Source: Candidatus Latescibacterota bacterium (GTDB taxonomy: Bacteria > Latescibacterota > UBA2968 > UBA8231). Taken from it: a stretch of 64,000 bases of DNA. Both the position numbers and the translations under genes were made by a program. The DNA lies in contig OZ252098.1 of NCBI GenBank assembly GCA_965248355.1, positions 2,368,001 to 2,432,000 of the forward strand, written 5' to 3'. Each line of letters starts with the position of its first letter. Position 1 is the stretch's first letter. The notes under the pieces were generated by a model. That model did no database searches. It was given only the letters and a program-made list of their open reading frames with translations, and had not been told where the DNA came from. Below are positions 37,351 through 46,436 of this stretch, piece by piece.

Positions 37351-38370
37351 TCAGAACCGGGTGCTCTCGTACCGGGCAAAGGGCGTGTCCACGCCGACTT
37401 CGGCGGCGATCCTCTCGAGCACCTCCCGGTGCTCGGGACCGACGGGGATGCCGTCGCGGGCGTGGTCCCGCTCCCAGCGCCACTCCAGGCCGCCGGGCAG
37501 CTCGGCCCGGTCGACCCCCGGGAAGGGCCGCATGCGGCGCGCCCTGGCCACGTAGCCGTCCATGTCGGCCTTGAACCCGGCCACGGGCATGAACCGCTCG
37601 ATGGCGACGGCGGCGACGAAGCCGCCCTGGTCCGACACCCAGGGCGACCTCGGGGCCTGCAGCTCCGGTCGATGGATGCCGGCCAGCACGCCGCCGAGCA
37701 CCTGCAGCACCGCTCCCAGCCCGAGGCTCTTGAAGAACACCCGCGGGAAGCGCTCGAGCAGTTCCGGCTCGTGAGGCAGCATGTGGGCTCCCATGTCGAG
37801 GACGAGCGGCGGTTGCGCGTCCGTCGGCACGGCCACGCTCAGCGGCGAGGCCCCGGCGGCTCTCAGCACGAGGTCGTCCGGGTCCATGGGGTAGCGCACC
37901 GACGACGCCGCCAGGCCGATGCAGTCGGCCTGAAGGGCCATGCGCGAGTAGAGGCCGGCGGAGCCGATATGGTGATGGTTGCCGGTCGTCACCGCTCCAA
38001 GACCATGGGCGCGGGCCTTGGCCACCGCCATCTCCATCCCCCGATGGCAGGGAAAGTGGCCGAGACCGCCGTCGCCGTCGAGCACGGCCGTGGTCCCGGA
38101 CTCGTCCACGACCCGAACCTCGGGTGCGGGGTTGACGCGGCCGTCGCGCATGAGCCGCACGTAGTGCGCCACGTGCTTCGTGCCGTGGCTGAAGACGCAG
38201 CGCAGGTCGCATTCGACGAGCAGGGCCGCCAGCCGCCCGGCCTGCTCCCGGGGCATGCCGGCCCGGTCGAGGAGGGCCGCCGTCAACCGCCGCATGTCGG
38301 CCGCAGGCACGCGGATGCCATGGGGCGGCGGGTAGTTGGGCAGTTGCAGGGTGGGGGGGTCGGGGCTCAT
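37351..38370 (-). CDS. Ldh_2 family oxidoreductase
   Basis: DLRCVFSHG, DGDGGLGH, NHHHIG, SPLSVAVP, ELPGGLE; ATG 38370. Confidence 0.85.
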   Translation of the reverse strand: MSPDPPTLQLPNYPPPHGIRVPAADMRRLTAALLDRAGMPREQAGRLAALLVECDLRCVFSHGTKHVAHYVRLMRDGRVNPAPEVRVVDESGTTAVLDGDGGLGHFPCHRGMEMAVAKARAHGLGAVTTGNHHHIGSAGLYSRMALQADCIGLAASSVRYPMDPDDLVLRAAGASPLSVAVPTDAQPPLVLDMGAHMLPHEPELLERFPRVFFKSLGLGAVLQVLGGVLAGIHRPELQAPRSPWVSDQGGFVAAVAIERFMPVAGFKADMDGYVARARRMRPFPGVDRAELPGGLEWRWERDHARDGIPVGPEHREVLERIAAEVGVDTPFARYESTRF

Positions 38371-39947
38371 CCGGGATCGCGGGGGTAGCTGACGTGGATC
38401 TCCACGTTGCCCACCACCACCGGCGGCCGCAGGCGCGGGTCCCGCTCGAGGAGGTCGATGCGGACCTCGTGGACGCCCCCGCCGACCTGGGACGGCGCCA
38501 GCGGCCAGACGAGCCACGTGTTCTCCGAGACGTCCGCTGGATTCGTCCCGTCCCCGGCCGCCGGACTGCGGCGCTCCGACTCCCCCAGCCGCTGCCCGTC
38601 CAGCTCCACGGCGACCCGGTCCCGCGGCGACAGGTGGTCGAGGTCGACCTGCAGCTCCAGCGCCGCGTCTTCCGACACGTCCTCGTACACCCCGACGTGG
38701 AACCGGGGGCCGCCGCCCGCTGGCGTGGCCACCAGGTCGACGGGCACCTCTCCGCCCAGCCGGTCGTCCCGCTCGGCGCCATAGCGCAACTCGCTCCGGT
38801 CGCGGATGTGGCGCTTGACGGCGGCGTAGACCTTGGCCGTGCGCCGCAGGGTGTCCGGCGCGCCGAGACTCTGCAGCAGCGGCCGCACGGTGCGCACGTG
38901 GCTGTGCCAGTTGAACAGATGCACGCCAGAGGCGCCGCGCTCGTAGAAGCCGGCGGCCAGGCCCCGAAACCAGGCCTCCCGCCAGCGCCCGGCGGGCAGC
39001 AGGTGGCCCTGCCCCCACTCGCCGTGGCTGTCGAACCCGGGATAGAGCCGCACCTGGGTGCCGCGCATCATCTCCAGGCAGGCCTCCACCTCCACGCCGG
39101 GATCGGTCCCCGAGTTCGCCCCCGTGACGACGATGTCGCACAGGCCCTCCTCGATCCACGCCTCCAGGTCGTAGCCGACTCGCCGGTTCGTCTCCCGGGT
39201 GGCTCCGACGCGCACGATCACGAAGAAGGGCCGTCCGCGCCGCCCGGCGATGGCGTCACCGATGCGGCGCACCTCGCGGTGCAGGTCGGTGAGGGTGTAA
39301 CGCAGTCGCCAGGCGTCCTCCTCGGGCAGGTGGAAGGCGTGGCGCTCCCAGTCGATCTCGACGCCGTCCCAGTCGGCCAGCTCGCAGGCCTCGGCGATGC
39401 GTTGCAGGGTATACTCGCGGACCTCGGGCACCGCCATGTTCCACGACGTGGCCGCCCAGGCCGGCGCCCCCTCGCCGAGGACCCACTCCGGGTGGCTCTT
39501 GCGGAAGGCGGTGAGATGGGGCCTCTCCGTGGCCGCCATCTCTTCGGGCTTCAGCGGTGGGACGCGGCGAGCCTTGTCGGACCAGAAGTGGTTGTCGTTC
39601 ATGCGCACCGAGGCGTACACGCCCAGCCCCAGCTCGTGCCCGCGCTGGACGAGCCGGCCGTAGAGGTCGACGCCGCTCTCGAACATCGCCCGCAGGCTCT
39701 CCGCCCGGCGCATGTCGCTGACGGAGAAGTAGCGGCGCCCTTCCGCCTCGCCGATCATGGACAGCCGCTCCGAGGGCCAGTGGGCCTCCTCGACCCCCAC
39801 GCACCACGACAGGGCGCCGACCTGGGTCCCCGACAGGGGTCCGTAGATCCGCTCCAGCAGATCGTCGACGGAGATGGGGACCTCGGCGTTCTTGAGGTAG
39901 CCGCCGTCGTTGTTCAGGATGATGCCGTAGTCGGGCGCGGCGGTCAT
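38367..39947 (-). CDS. GHL10-like TIM-barrel hypothetical hydrolase
   Basis: IILNNDG, YASVRMND.H, WNMAVPEVR, WDGVEIDWERH, GVHLFNW. Confidence 0.6.
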   Translation of the reverse strand: MTAAPDYGIILNNDGGYLKNAEVPISVDDLLERIYGPLSGTQVGALSWCVGVEEAHWPSERLSMIGEAEGRRYFSVSDMRRAESLRAMFESGVDLYGRLVQRGHELGLGVYASVRMNDNHFWSDKARRVPPLKPEEMAATERPHLTAFRKSHPEWVLGEGAPAWAATSWNMAVPEVREYTLQRIAEACELADWDGVEIDWERHAFHLPEEDAWRLRYTLTDLHREVRRIGDAIAGRRGRPFFVIVRVGATRETNRRVGYDLEAWIEEGLCDIVVTGANSGTDPGVEVEACLEMMRGTQVRLYPGFDSHGEWGQGHLLPAGRWREAWFRGLAAGFYERGASGVHLFNWHSHVRTVRPLLQSLGAPDTLRRTAKVYAAVKRHIRDRSELRYGAERDDRLGGEVPVDLVATPAGGGPRFHVGVYEDVSEDAALELQVDLDHLSPRDRVAVELDGQRLGESERRSPAAGDGTNPADVSENTWLVWPLAPSQVGGGVHEVRIDLLERDPRLRPPVVVGNVEIHVSYPRDPG

Positions 39948-40831
39948 CGCACCGGCTCCGTATCGATGGTCCCCAGGGGCACCTCGAGCAGGTCCTGCCC
40001 GAGGATCACCTGGCCGTCGAAGACCTCCCCCACCTCGTGCAGCATCCGCTCGCGCACGCCGGGCGTCTCCAGCTGCTCCGTCAGGTGAACGAGGACCAGC
40101 GTCTTCACGCCGGCGTCCCGCGCCGTGGCCGCCGCATCGAGGTGGCCGGAGCAGCAAGCGGTCAGGCGCTCGTCCTCCTCGGCGCCGTTGATGAAGTGGC
40201 ACATGTGCAGCAGCACGTCGGCGCCCCGGGACAGCTCCGTGAGCCGTTCCACCGGCGCCGTGTCCCCTCCAAAGACGATCGTCCCGCCGGGTGTGGTCAG
40301 GCGGTAGGCCAGGCAGGTGAGCTGGGGCTGCACGTGGACCACCTCGGCCACGTCGACCTGCCAGCCGCCGGTCTCGACGCGGTCGCCGTGGGCCACCTCG
40401 CGCACCTGCGGCTCGGGCCTGCGCCGGGGCATGACGCCGCCCCGGGCCTCGTACACGAAGTGGCTGCCCGGGTGCACGGTGCGGGCCTCCAGATCGGGGC
40501 CGAAGGCGCCGTCGGCGGCGAGCAGCCGGCGTGACATGTGCGCCGTCGGCGGCGGGCCGTAGACCCGCAGCTCTGGGATGCGGCCGGCGCCCTGGTCCCA
40601 GCGGGTCAGCACCAGGTAGGCGTAGTCGACGCAGTGGTCGTAGTGCAGGTGGGTCAGGAAGAGGTGATCGATGGAGGGCAGCTCGACGCCGGCCTCGAGC
40701 ATGCGCCGCACCGAGGCCGGGCCGCAGTCGAAGACCAGGGTCTCCTCACCGGTCCGGACCAGATAGCTGGACCCGCCCCGGTGGGCCAGGGGCGTGGGCG
40801 TGCCCGTGCACAGGAGCTGGAGCCGTGTCAT
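39944..40831 (-). CDS. MBL-fold metallohydrolase (RNase Z/arylsulfatase-like)
   Basis: LCTGTPTP, FDCG, THLHYDH, GGDT, LVLVH, GQDL. Confidence 0.85.
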   Translation of the reverse strand: MTRLQLLCTGTPTPLAHRGGSSYLVRTGEETLVFDCGPASVRRMLEAGVELPSIDHLFLTHLHYDHCVDYAYLVLTRWDQGAGRIPELRVYGPPPTAHMSRRLLAADGAFGPDLEARTVHPGSHFVYEARGGVMPRRRPEPQVREVAHGDRVETGGWQVDVAEVVHVQPQLTCLAYRLTTPGGTIVFGGDTAPVERLTELSRGADVLLHMCHFINGAEEDERLTACCSGHLDAAATARDAGVKTLVLVHLTEQLETPGVRERMLHEVGEVFDGQVILGQDLLEVPLGTIDTEPVR

Positions 40832-41619
40832 TGGTCCAGCGCCTCCTCGTGCGCCCGCACCGCGGCTTCGACCTCGTCGTCCTCCCACTTCTCCACGAGG
40901 GGGCACTGGTCCTCGGGCCATTCGGGCAGCACGTAGGGGTTGGAGCCGGCCACGTACGCGTAGATGAGGGACCAGCGCGGCTGCTCGCTGAGGTTGGCGT
41001 CCGAGGCGTGGAGGGTGTTGCCGTGGAAGTAGAGGACCGACCCGGGCTGCAGCTGGCAGTGAACCTCCTCCAGCTCCCGCAGCGCCAGCTCGAGGCGGCG
41101 GGGATCGGTGATGAGCTGGGAGCCGGAGGACTGGTGCTCGAGCCGGCCCAGGCGGTTGGACCCGCGCACGACCTTCAGGCAGCCGTTGTCGCGGGTGGCC
41201 GGATCGAGGGCGACCATGACGCTGGCGAAGGCGGGGAAGAGGAACTGCTGGTAGTGGTAGCCGTAGTCCTGGTGATACTGCCAGCCCCCGGTGCGGGGAT
41301 CCTTCAGCATCTGAAGCTGATAGTAGTAGCGCACGCGATCGCTGAACAACTGCTCCAGGGGCTCGACGATGCGGCGGCTGCGGGCCAGGGCGCTGTAGGC
41401 GTCGTCGCCGAGGGCGGACCGGTAGGCCAGGCGGGTGTCGAGCCCCTCGCCCTCGTAGTTCTGGTTGCCTTTGGCGTCGGCCGACAACTGCGGGTCCCGG
41501 CGGGCGATTTCCAGGATCCGCCCGATGAGCTCCGCCTCCAGGTGGTCCTCCAGGATGAGGTAGCCGTCCTCCGCGAACCGGCGGATCTGCTCGGCGCTCA
41601 AGAAGGTGGGAGCGGTCAT
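40828..41619 (-). CDS. PhyH-family Fe(II)/2OG dioxygenase
   Basis: FAEDGY, YHQDYGY (HxD), NGCLKVVRGS, FHGNTLHASDAN...R. Confidence 0.88.
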   Translation of the reverse strand: MTAPTFLSAEQIRRFAEDGYLILEDHLEAELIGRILEIARRDPQLSADAKGNQNYEGEGLDTRLAYRSALGDDAYSALARSRRIVEPLEQLFSDRVRYYYQLQMLKDPRTGGWQYHQDYGYHYQQFLFPAFASVMVALDPATRDNGCLKVVRGSNRLGRLEHQSSGSQLITDPRRLELALRELEEVHCQLQPGSVLYFHGNTLHASDANLSEQPRWSLIYAYVAGSNPYVLPEWPEDQCPLVEKWEDDEVEAAVRAHEEALDQ

Positions 41620-41664
41620 GGTTTCTCCTCAGGATGGACAGGCCGGATCAACAGAAATCCTGTC

Positions 41665-41702
41665 TTGATAACTGACTGAATTTACGTTAATTCGATCAGT
41701 TA
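41665..41702 (+). promoter_or_regulatory. Palindrome overlapping a leaderless promoter of AAA_14 paralogue 3
   Basis: TAACTGA-ct-GAATT-tacgtt-AATTC-ga-TCAGTTA abuts ATG 41703; TTGATA-17-TAATTC. Confidence 0.7.
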
Positions 41703-42376
41703 ATGGATGCGTATTCCTATATACCTCAGGCCCAGATGGCACGGCTCAAAGATCTGGCCGCTCCCGGCAGGGTCGTGGTGGTGTACGGCCCCAGGAGGGT
41801 AGGCAAGACCACCCTCATCCGGCGCTATGCTCAACAGTACGACCGGGAGGCCCTGGTGGTGACCGGCGAGGACATCTCGGTGCGCGAGTACCTGGAGAGC
41901 CAGTCCCTGGCCAGGCTGAAGGCCTTCGTCGGCCGGCGGAGCACACTGATCGTGGACGAGGCCCAGTACGTGCGGCATGTGGGGTTGAATCTGAAGCTGC
42001 TGGCCGATCACGTGGAGGATCTCCGCATCATCGCCACGGGCTCGTCATCCTTCGATCTCGCCCAGCAGACCGGGGAGCCCCTGACGGGCCGCAAGTACAC
42101 CCTGCTCCTCCTGCCCCTCGCGCAGATGGAGCTCCAGGAAGTGGAAGAAGCCCATGAGACAAGGGCCCAGCTCGAGCTGCGGCTGATCTACGGATCCTAT
42201 CCCGAGGTCGTTCTCATGGAATCGAACGAAGATCGCGAGCTCTACATCAAGGAGCTGGTCGCTTCCTATCTCCTGAAGGACATCCTGCAGCTGGAGGACG
42301 GTAGTGTACCCCAAATCCTGGACAGGTGGCTAAGCGAGACTTTGCGTCCACCGACCCACTGTCCGGAGGGGCTTGG

Positions 42377-42670
42377 ATGACGAGGAAACGCAAGACGCAT
42401 TCGGCGCAGTTCAAAGCCAAGGTGGCCTTGGAGGCTCTGCGCGAACGGCAGACGGTCAACGAGCTGGCCCACAAGTTCTCCGTCCACCCCAGCCAGATCC
42501 ACGGCTGGAAGAAGCAGTTGCTGGAGCGGCTGCCCGAGGTCTTCCGGGGCCCCGGGACCCGCCGGGCCGACGACGAGGCCGCCTTGGTGCCCGAGCTCTA
42601 CCAGCAGATCGGGCGGCTGCAGATGGAACTGGAGTGGCTTCAAAAAAAACACGAGGCTCTCGGTGGCTGA
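42377..42670 (+). CDS. IS3 transposase OrfA
   Basis: [17 protein letters not shown]...[19 protein letters not shown]8 slippery run at 42642-42649 for a -1 frameshift. Confidence 0.92.
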   Translation: MTRKRKTHSAQFKAKVALEALRERQTVNELAHKFSVHPSQIHGWKKQLLERLPEVFRGPGTRRADDEAALVPELYQQIGRLQMELEWLQKKHEALGG

Positions 42671-43490
42671 GCGCCGCGCCCTCATCGAGCCGCACCCCGG
42701 CCCGCTGAGCGTGCATCGGCAGTGCCAACTGCTCGGGCTGGCCCGCTCCAGTTTCTACTACCGCCCGGAGGCGCCGGATCGGCTCACCCTCGACCTGATG
42801 AACGCCATCGACCGGATCTACACCGAGCACCCGGTCTACGGCGTGCGCCGGATCTGCGCGGCCCTGAGGCGGGACGGCTACCCGGTCAATCCCAAGCGCG
42901 TGCACCGCCTGATGAAGGCCCTGGGCCTGCAGGCGATCTATCCCCGGCCGCGACCGACCACCCCCAACCCTCAGCACCGGGTCTATCCGTATCTGCTGCG
43001 AGGGGTGACCGTGAACCGGCCGGACCAGGTGTGGTGCAGCGACATCACCCATCTGCCGATGCCCTCCGGCTTCGTCTACCTGGTGGCGGTCATGGACTGG
43101 TTCAGCCGCTACGTGCTGGCCTGGCGGGTCTCCAACACCCTCGACGCGGCCTTCTGCCTGGAGGCCCTGGAGGAAGCCCTGAGCCAGGGGCGGCCGGAGA
43201 TCTTCAACACCGACCAGGGGGCCCAGTTCACCAGCACCGCCTTCACCGGGCGGGTCGAGGCGGCCGGGGCCCGGGTGAGCATGGACGGCCGCGGCCGGGT
43301 GCTGGACAACATCTTCATCGAGCGGCTGTGGCGCTCCCTGAAGTACGAGGACATCTACCTGAAGGCCTACGACAGCGTCCCCGAGTTGATCGAGGGCGTG
43401 GCGGCCTACTTCCGCTTCTACAACCTCGAGCGGCCGCACCAGGCCTTCGACTACGAGACCCCCAGCGATGTCTACCACCGGGCGGCCTGA
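42663..43490 (+). CDS. IS3 transposase OrfB (DDE integrase core)
   Basis: [32 protein letters not shown]; lies in the -1 frame relative to OrfA. Confidence 0.93.
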   Translation: MAERRALIEPHPGPLSVHRQCQLLGLARSSFYYRPEAPDRLTLDLMNAIDRIYTEHPVYGVRRICAALRRDGYPVNPKRVHRLMKALGLQAIYPRPRPTTPNPQHRVYPYLLRGVTVNRPDQVWCSDITHLPMPSGFVYLVAVMDWFSRYVLAWRVSNTLDAAFCLEALEEALSQGRPEIFNTDQGAQFTSTAFTGRVEAAGARVSMDGRGRVLDNIFIERLWRSLKYEDIYLKAYDSVPELIEGVAAYFRFYNLERPHQAFDYETPSDVYHRAA

Positions 43491-44190
43491 GCGCGGGGGC
43501 TCCTCACGGCCTCGGTGGCCCGGCCTGGGTGCAAGTCCGGGAGGCGGGGCTTCGGTCCCAGCGCCGGGGCGCAGTACGGCTCCATTACATCTCGAGACTC
43601 TCGCTTGTACAAGCCCAATTCCTGTCCAGTTGACGGGGTACACTTCCGACGTCCGGCATGCTGACAAACTGCAGCGCCTGCTGCAACTGCTCGCCTTTCA
43701 GATCGGCCGGGAGGTCTCGGTCACGGAACTGGGGACTCACCTCGGCATGACCAAGAACACGGTGGATCGCTACCTCGACCTGCTGGAGAAGACCTATGTC
43801 GTCTACAGCCGGCACGGCTTCAGCCGCAATCTCCGCAAGGAGGTCACCAGGAGCCGCCGCTACTACTTCTACGACAACGGCCTCAGGAACGGCCTGATCA
43901 GCAACTTCAACCCCTTGTCCCTGCGGCAGGACACGGGCGCCCTGTGGGAGAACTACGTCCTCGTGGAGCGGCTGAAGCACAATCTGTACACGGGGCGCCT
44001 GGTGGAGAGCCGGTTCTGGCGCACCTACGACCAGCAGGAGATCGACCTGGTCGAGGAGTGGGGCGGGCGCCTGCAGGCCGCGGAGATGAAGTGGTCCACC
44101 CGGGCCGCCGTCCGCGCCCCCGGCGTTGGCGCAAGGCGTATCCGGACGGCTCCTTTCAGGTGGTTCACCCCGAGAACTACCTCGACTTCA

Positions 44191-45801
44191 TCACCGGCTG
44201 ACCGGTCTCCAGTCGTTGTCCCAGAACCCCCAGTCCAGGATCTCGCCCTCGGAGTAGACGAGGTAATCCGGAAGCAACTGCATGTCCAGGTGACCGCCCC
44301 AGCAGATGGCGTCGGGCGCCGTGCCCCCGTGGACGGCGACGTAGCGCCGCGAGTTGCGGGGGTGAGGAAAGAGGGCGAAGAGGGCGGCGCGACCGCCGCG
44401 GTAGAGGTTGCCCCCCAGGCGGACGGCGCCTTCCTCGAAGGCCAAGGGCAGGTGCTCGGCGAACTGGCCCAGCACGGCGTTGCTGGTGGGAGTCCCGTAG
44501 AGCAGCAGGTTGTGGCTGTCGCGGTCCTCGCCGGTCAGGTCCACGTCCCGGACGATGGGGAGATCCACCGTGTTCTCCCCCATGATGACGCCGCGGTGAA
44601 CGCCGCCGTTGCGGCTGCGGAAGTACCCGGCGGCATGGCCGGCCACCCAGTCGTTGAAGAACCCCTCCTCCTCGGAGCCGGAGGTCCCGGGCACCAGCAG
44701 CAGGCCGTCGAAGAACAGGTCGCCCATGGGCCCGGAGCACCCGTGCCGCTTCTGGTTCTCCAGCGAGAAGGTGCCCCTCTGCCAAGCGCCGTCCGGGGGC
44801 CGGCGAAAGGACTGGCGGCGGCCCGGGTCGAGGCGGCCCAGATCCTGCCCGTCGATGACCACCTGCAGGGGAGCGGCCGCATCCAGGGGGCCCAGGGACA
44901 GGGCGCGGACGCCCTCCGTCCTCACCGTCAGACGATCTCCGGACCGGCGGGCGTCCACCTCGCCGGGCGCTCCGTAGCCGGCGAGCTGGTCGATCTCCAC
45001 CCAGTACGAGCGGTTGTGGCGCAGGCCGCGGGCCACCAGGGAGACGTGGTCCGGGCCGTCCGGCCGGCGCTGGTCCAGCAGCCAGGGGATCACCCGCTCC
45101 CAGATCTCCGGCGTGCGGCAGCCGTGGCCGGTGCGGGGCACCTCGGTGTAGGAGTGGGGGAACCCTCTCTCCGCCAGCAACTGAGCCATGCGGCGCGAGT
45201 GCGCCACCGGCACGCCGCCGCCCACGGCCCGGTCCCACTCCCCGTGGACGATCCACAGTGGCGTGTGCCGCAGGTTGTCCACCAGGAAGGCGGCCGAGCG
45301 GGACTGCCAGGAGGGCTCCTCCCAGGGGTGCATGCGGAAGACCAGGCCCCCGGGCTTCTCCCACAGGCGGTAATCGCAGTACCCGCAGAAGGGCGCCGCC
45401 GCGGCGAAGAGGTCGGGATAGTGGGAGACCAGGTACCAGACGGCGGCCCCGCCCATGGAGGAGCCCGTGATGCTGATGCGCGCCCGGTCGATGGCATGGT
45501 GGGCGGCCACGTGCTCGATCGCCTCCAGGACGTCGACCTCCCCGTAGTTCTGGTAGACCGAGCCGGGGCCCCGCCCGGTCGGCCGCAGGACCACGCAGGA
45601 CCGGCCCGAGGCCGCGGCGATGGCGGCCATCTCCTCGGTGAGGGCCACGGCCCCCGGCAGGTCGGTCATGGCGCCGGGGCTGACCTCGAGAATCAGGGGC
45701 TTGGGCTCCGGACCCGTATCGGTGGCGCAGACGGCGCACGGGTGGAGGCGCCCGTCGACGGCGGAGCGGAAGTACTGGAGCTGGCCTGCGGGGGATCTCA
45801 T
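44191..45801 (-). CDS. Alpha/beta-hydrolase (prolyl oligopeptidase/esterase-like)
   Basis: GEVDVLEAI, ITGSSMGG nucleophile elbow, VHGEWD, TGHG. Confidence 0.8.
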   Translation of the reverse strand: MRSPAGQLQYFRSAVDGRLHPCAVCATDTGPEPKPLILEVSPGAMTDLPGAVALTEEMAAIAAASGRSCVVLRPTGRGPGSVYQNYGEVDVLEAIEHVAAHHAIDRARISITGSSMGGAAVWYLVSHYPDLFAAAAPFCGYCDYRLWEKPGGLVFRMHPWEEPSWQSRSAAFLVDNLRHTPLWIVHGEWDRAVGGGVPVAHSRRMAQLLAERGFPHSYTEVPRTGHGCRTPEIWERVIPWLLDQRRPDGPDHVSLVARGLRHNRSYWVEIDQLAGYGAPGEVDARRSGDRLTVRTEGVRALSLGPLDAAAPLQVVIDGQDLGRLDPGRRQSFRRPPDGAWQRGTFSLENQKRHGCSGPMGDLFFDGLLLVPGTSGSEEEGFFNDWVAGHAAGYFRSRNGGVHRGVIMGENTVDLPIVRDVDLTGEDRDSHNLLLYGTPTSNAVLGQFAEHLPLAFEEGAVRLGGNLYRGGRAALFALFPHPRNSRRYVAVHGGTAPDAICWGGHLDMQLLPDYLVYSEGEILDWGFWDNDWRPVSR

Positions 45802-46436
45802 CAGCGCCAGCCTTTCGCCGTCACGATCTGCCCGACCTCTTGCTCCAGTGCCCTGAAGGCGGACAGCTCGCGAAGCGGGGAGTAGTCCTGGATGTCCCAT
45901 GCCAGGCGATGCACGGCTTGGCTCACATTTGAATCTGTGCAATCGTCTCGTCGGGAGGTCGGTAGCGATTCTGAGGAGGTCATTCAGGATCCCTTTGGGA
46001 TCTGGCAGCCCTTCCAGCTGCTGCACCGCCGGCATCGAGAGAGGGACGGAACCTCGTGGATTCCCAGCCGCGCTCCGCAGGGCGGCCTCGTCGATCAGAG
46101 CCAGGCCTCTGTCATCCGCGCCGGCAACACCGCTACCGTGCGTCCACGATCCCAGGAATCCACCTTGGCCAACGCCGTCTCGATCTCCTCGACGCGCCGC
46201 TCCCGCGGCTCTCCCTCCGCGTCTCGGTGCACGAACAGCAGATCGCACGGAAAGAGATCGACCGCCCGCTCTACTTTCTGCGCAAGATCCTTGGGAGGGC
46301 GCGGCAGGCGTCTGAGGTCGGCCCATTCAATGTTCACCCCGAAGGGAACCTGCTGCCGCAGTATCCACTGCAGGATCGGGGGCAGAGCCCGGTCGGTGGG
46401 ACCGTCGGTGAGCAGGGTACAGCGGAGCTCCTTCAC
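45801..46436 (-). pseudogene. DUF4276-like (TOPRIM-like) protein with two frameshifts
   Basis: LLTDGPTD, LFVHRDAE, MTEAWL|LIDEAALR.AAGNP...PDPK|NVSQAV...LSAF pieced over three segments (shifts near 46100 and 45930). Confidence 0.7.

Larger units (their letters stand above)
42300..43647 (+). mobile_element. IS3 family insertion sequence (~1.35 kb) with a 3-bp GAC target duplication
   Basis: Inverted repeats GGTAGTGTACCCCAAATCCTGGACAGG / GGAAGTGTACCCCGTCAACTGGACAGG; GAC at 42297-42299 and 43648-43650. Confidence 0.92.
41703..44201 (+). pseudogene. AAA_14/DUF4143 ATPase paralogue 3, interrupted by IS3 and frameshifted near the 3' end
   Basis: GPRRVGKTT, VDEAQ, ATGSS, EPLTGR; removing the IS restores LEDVRHADKL; YYFYDNG, FWRTYDQQEIDLVE; one base missing in a C run near 44120. 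Confidence 0.9.

Noticed and set aside
43468..45885. 805-aa plus-strand ORF
   Set aside because: IS tail plus the 3' half of the ATPase, running on after a frameshift antisense to the esterase.
44191..46326. 711-aa esterase with a long N-terminal extension
   Set aside because: The extension is the frameshifted middle of the DUF4276-like pseudogene; the esterase starts at 45801.
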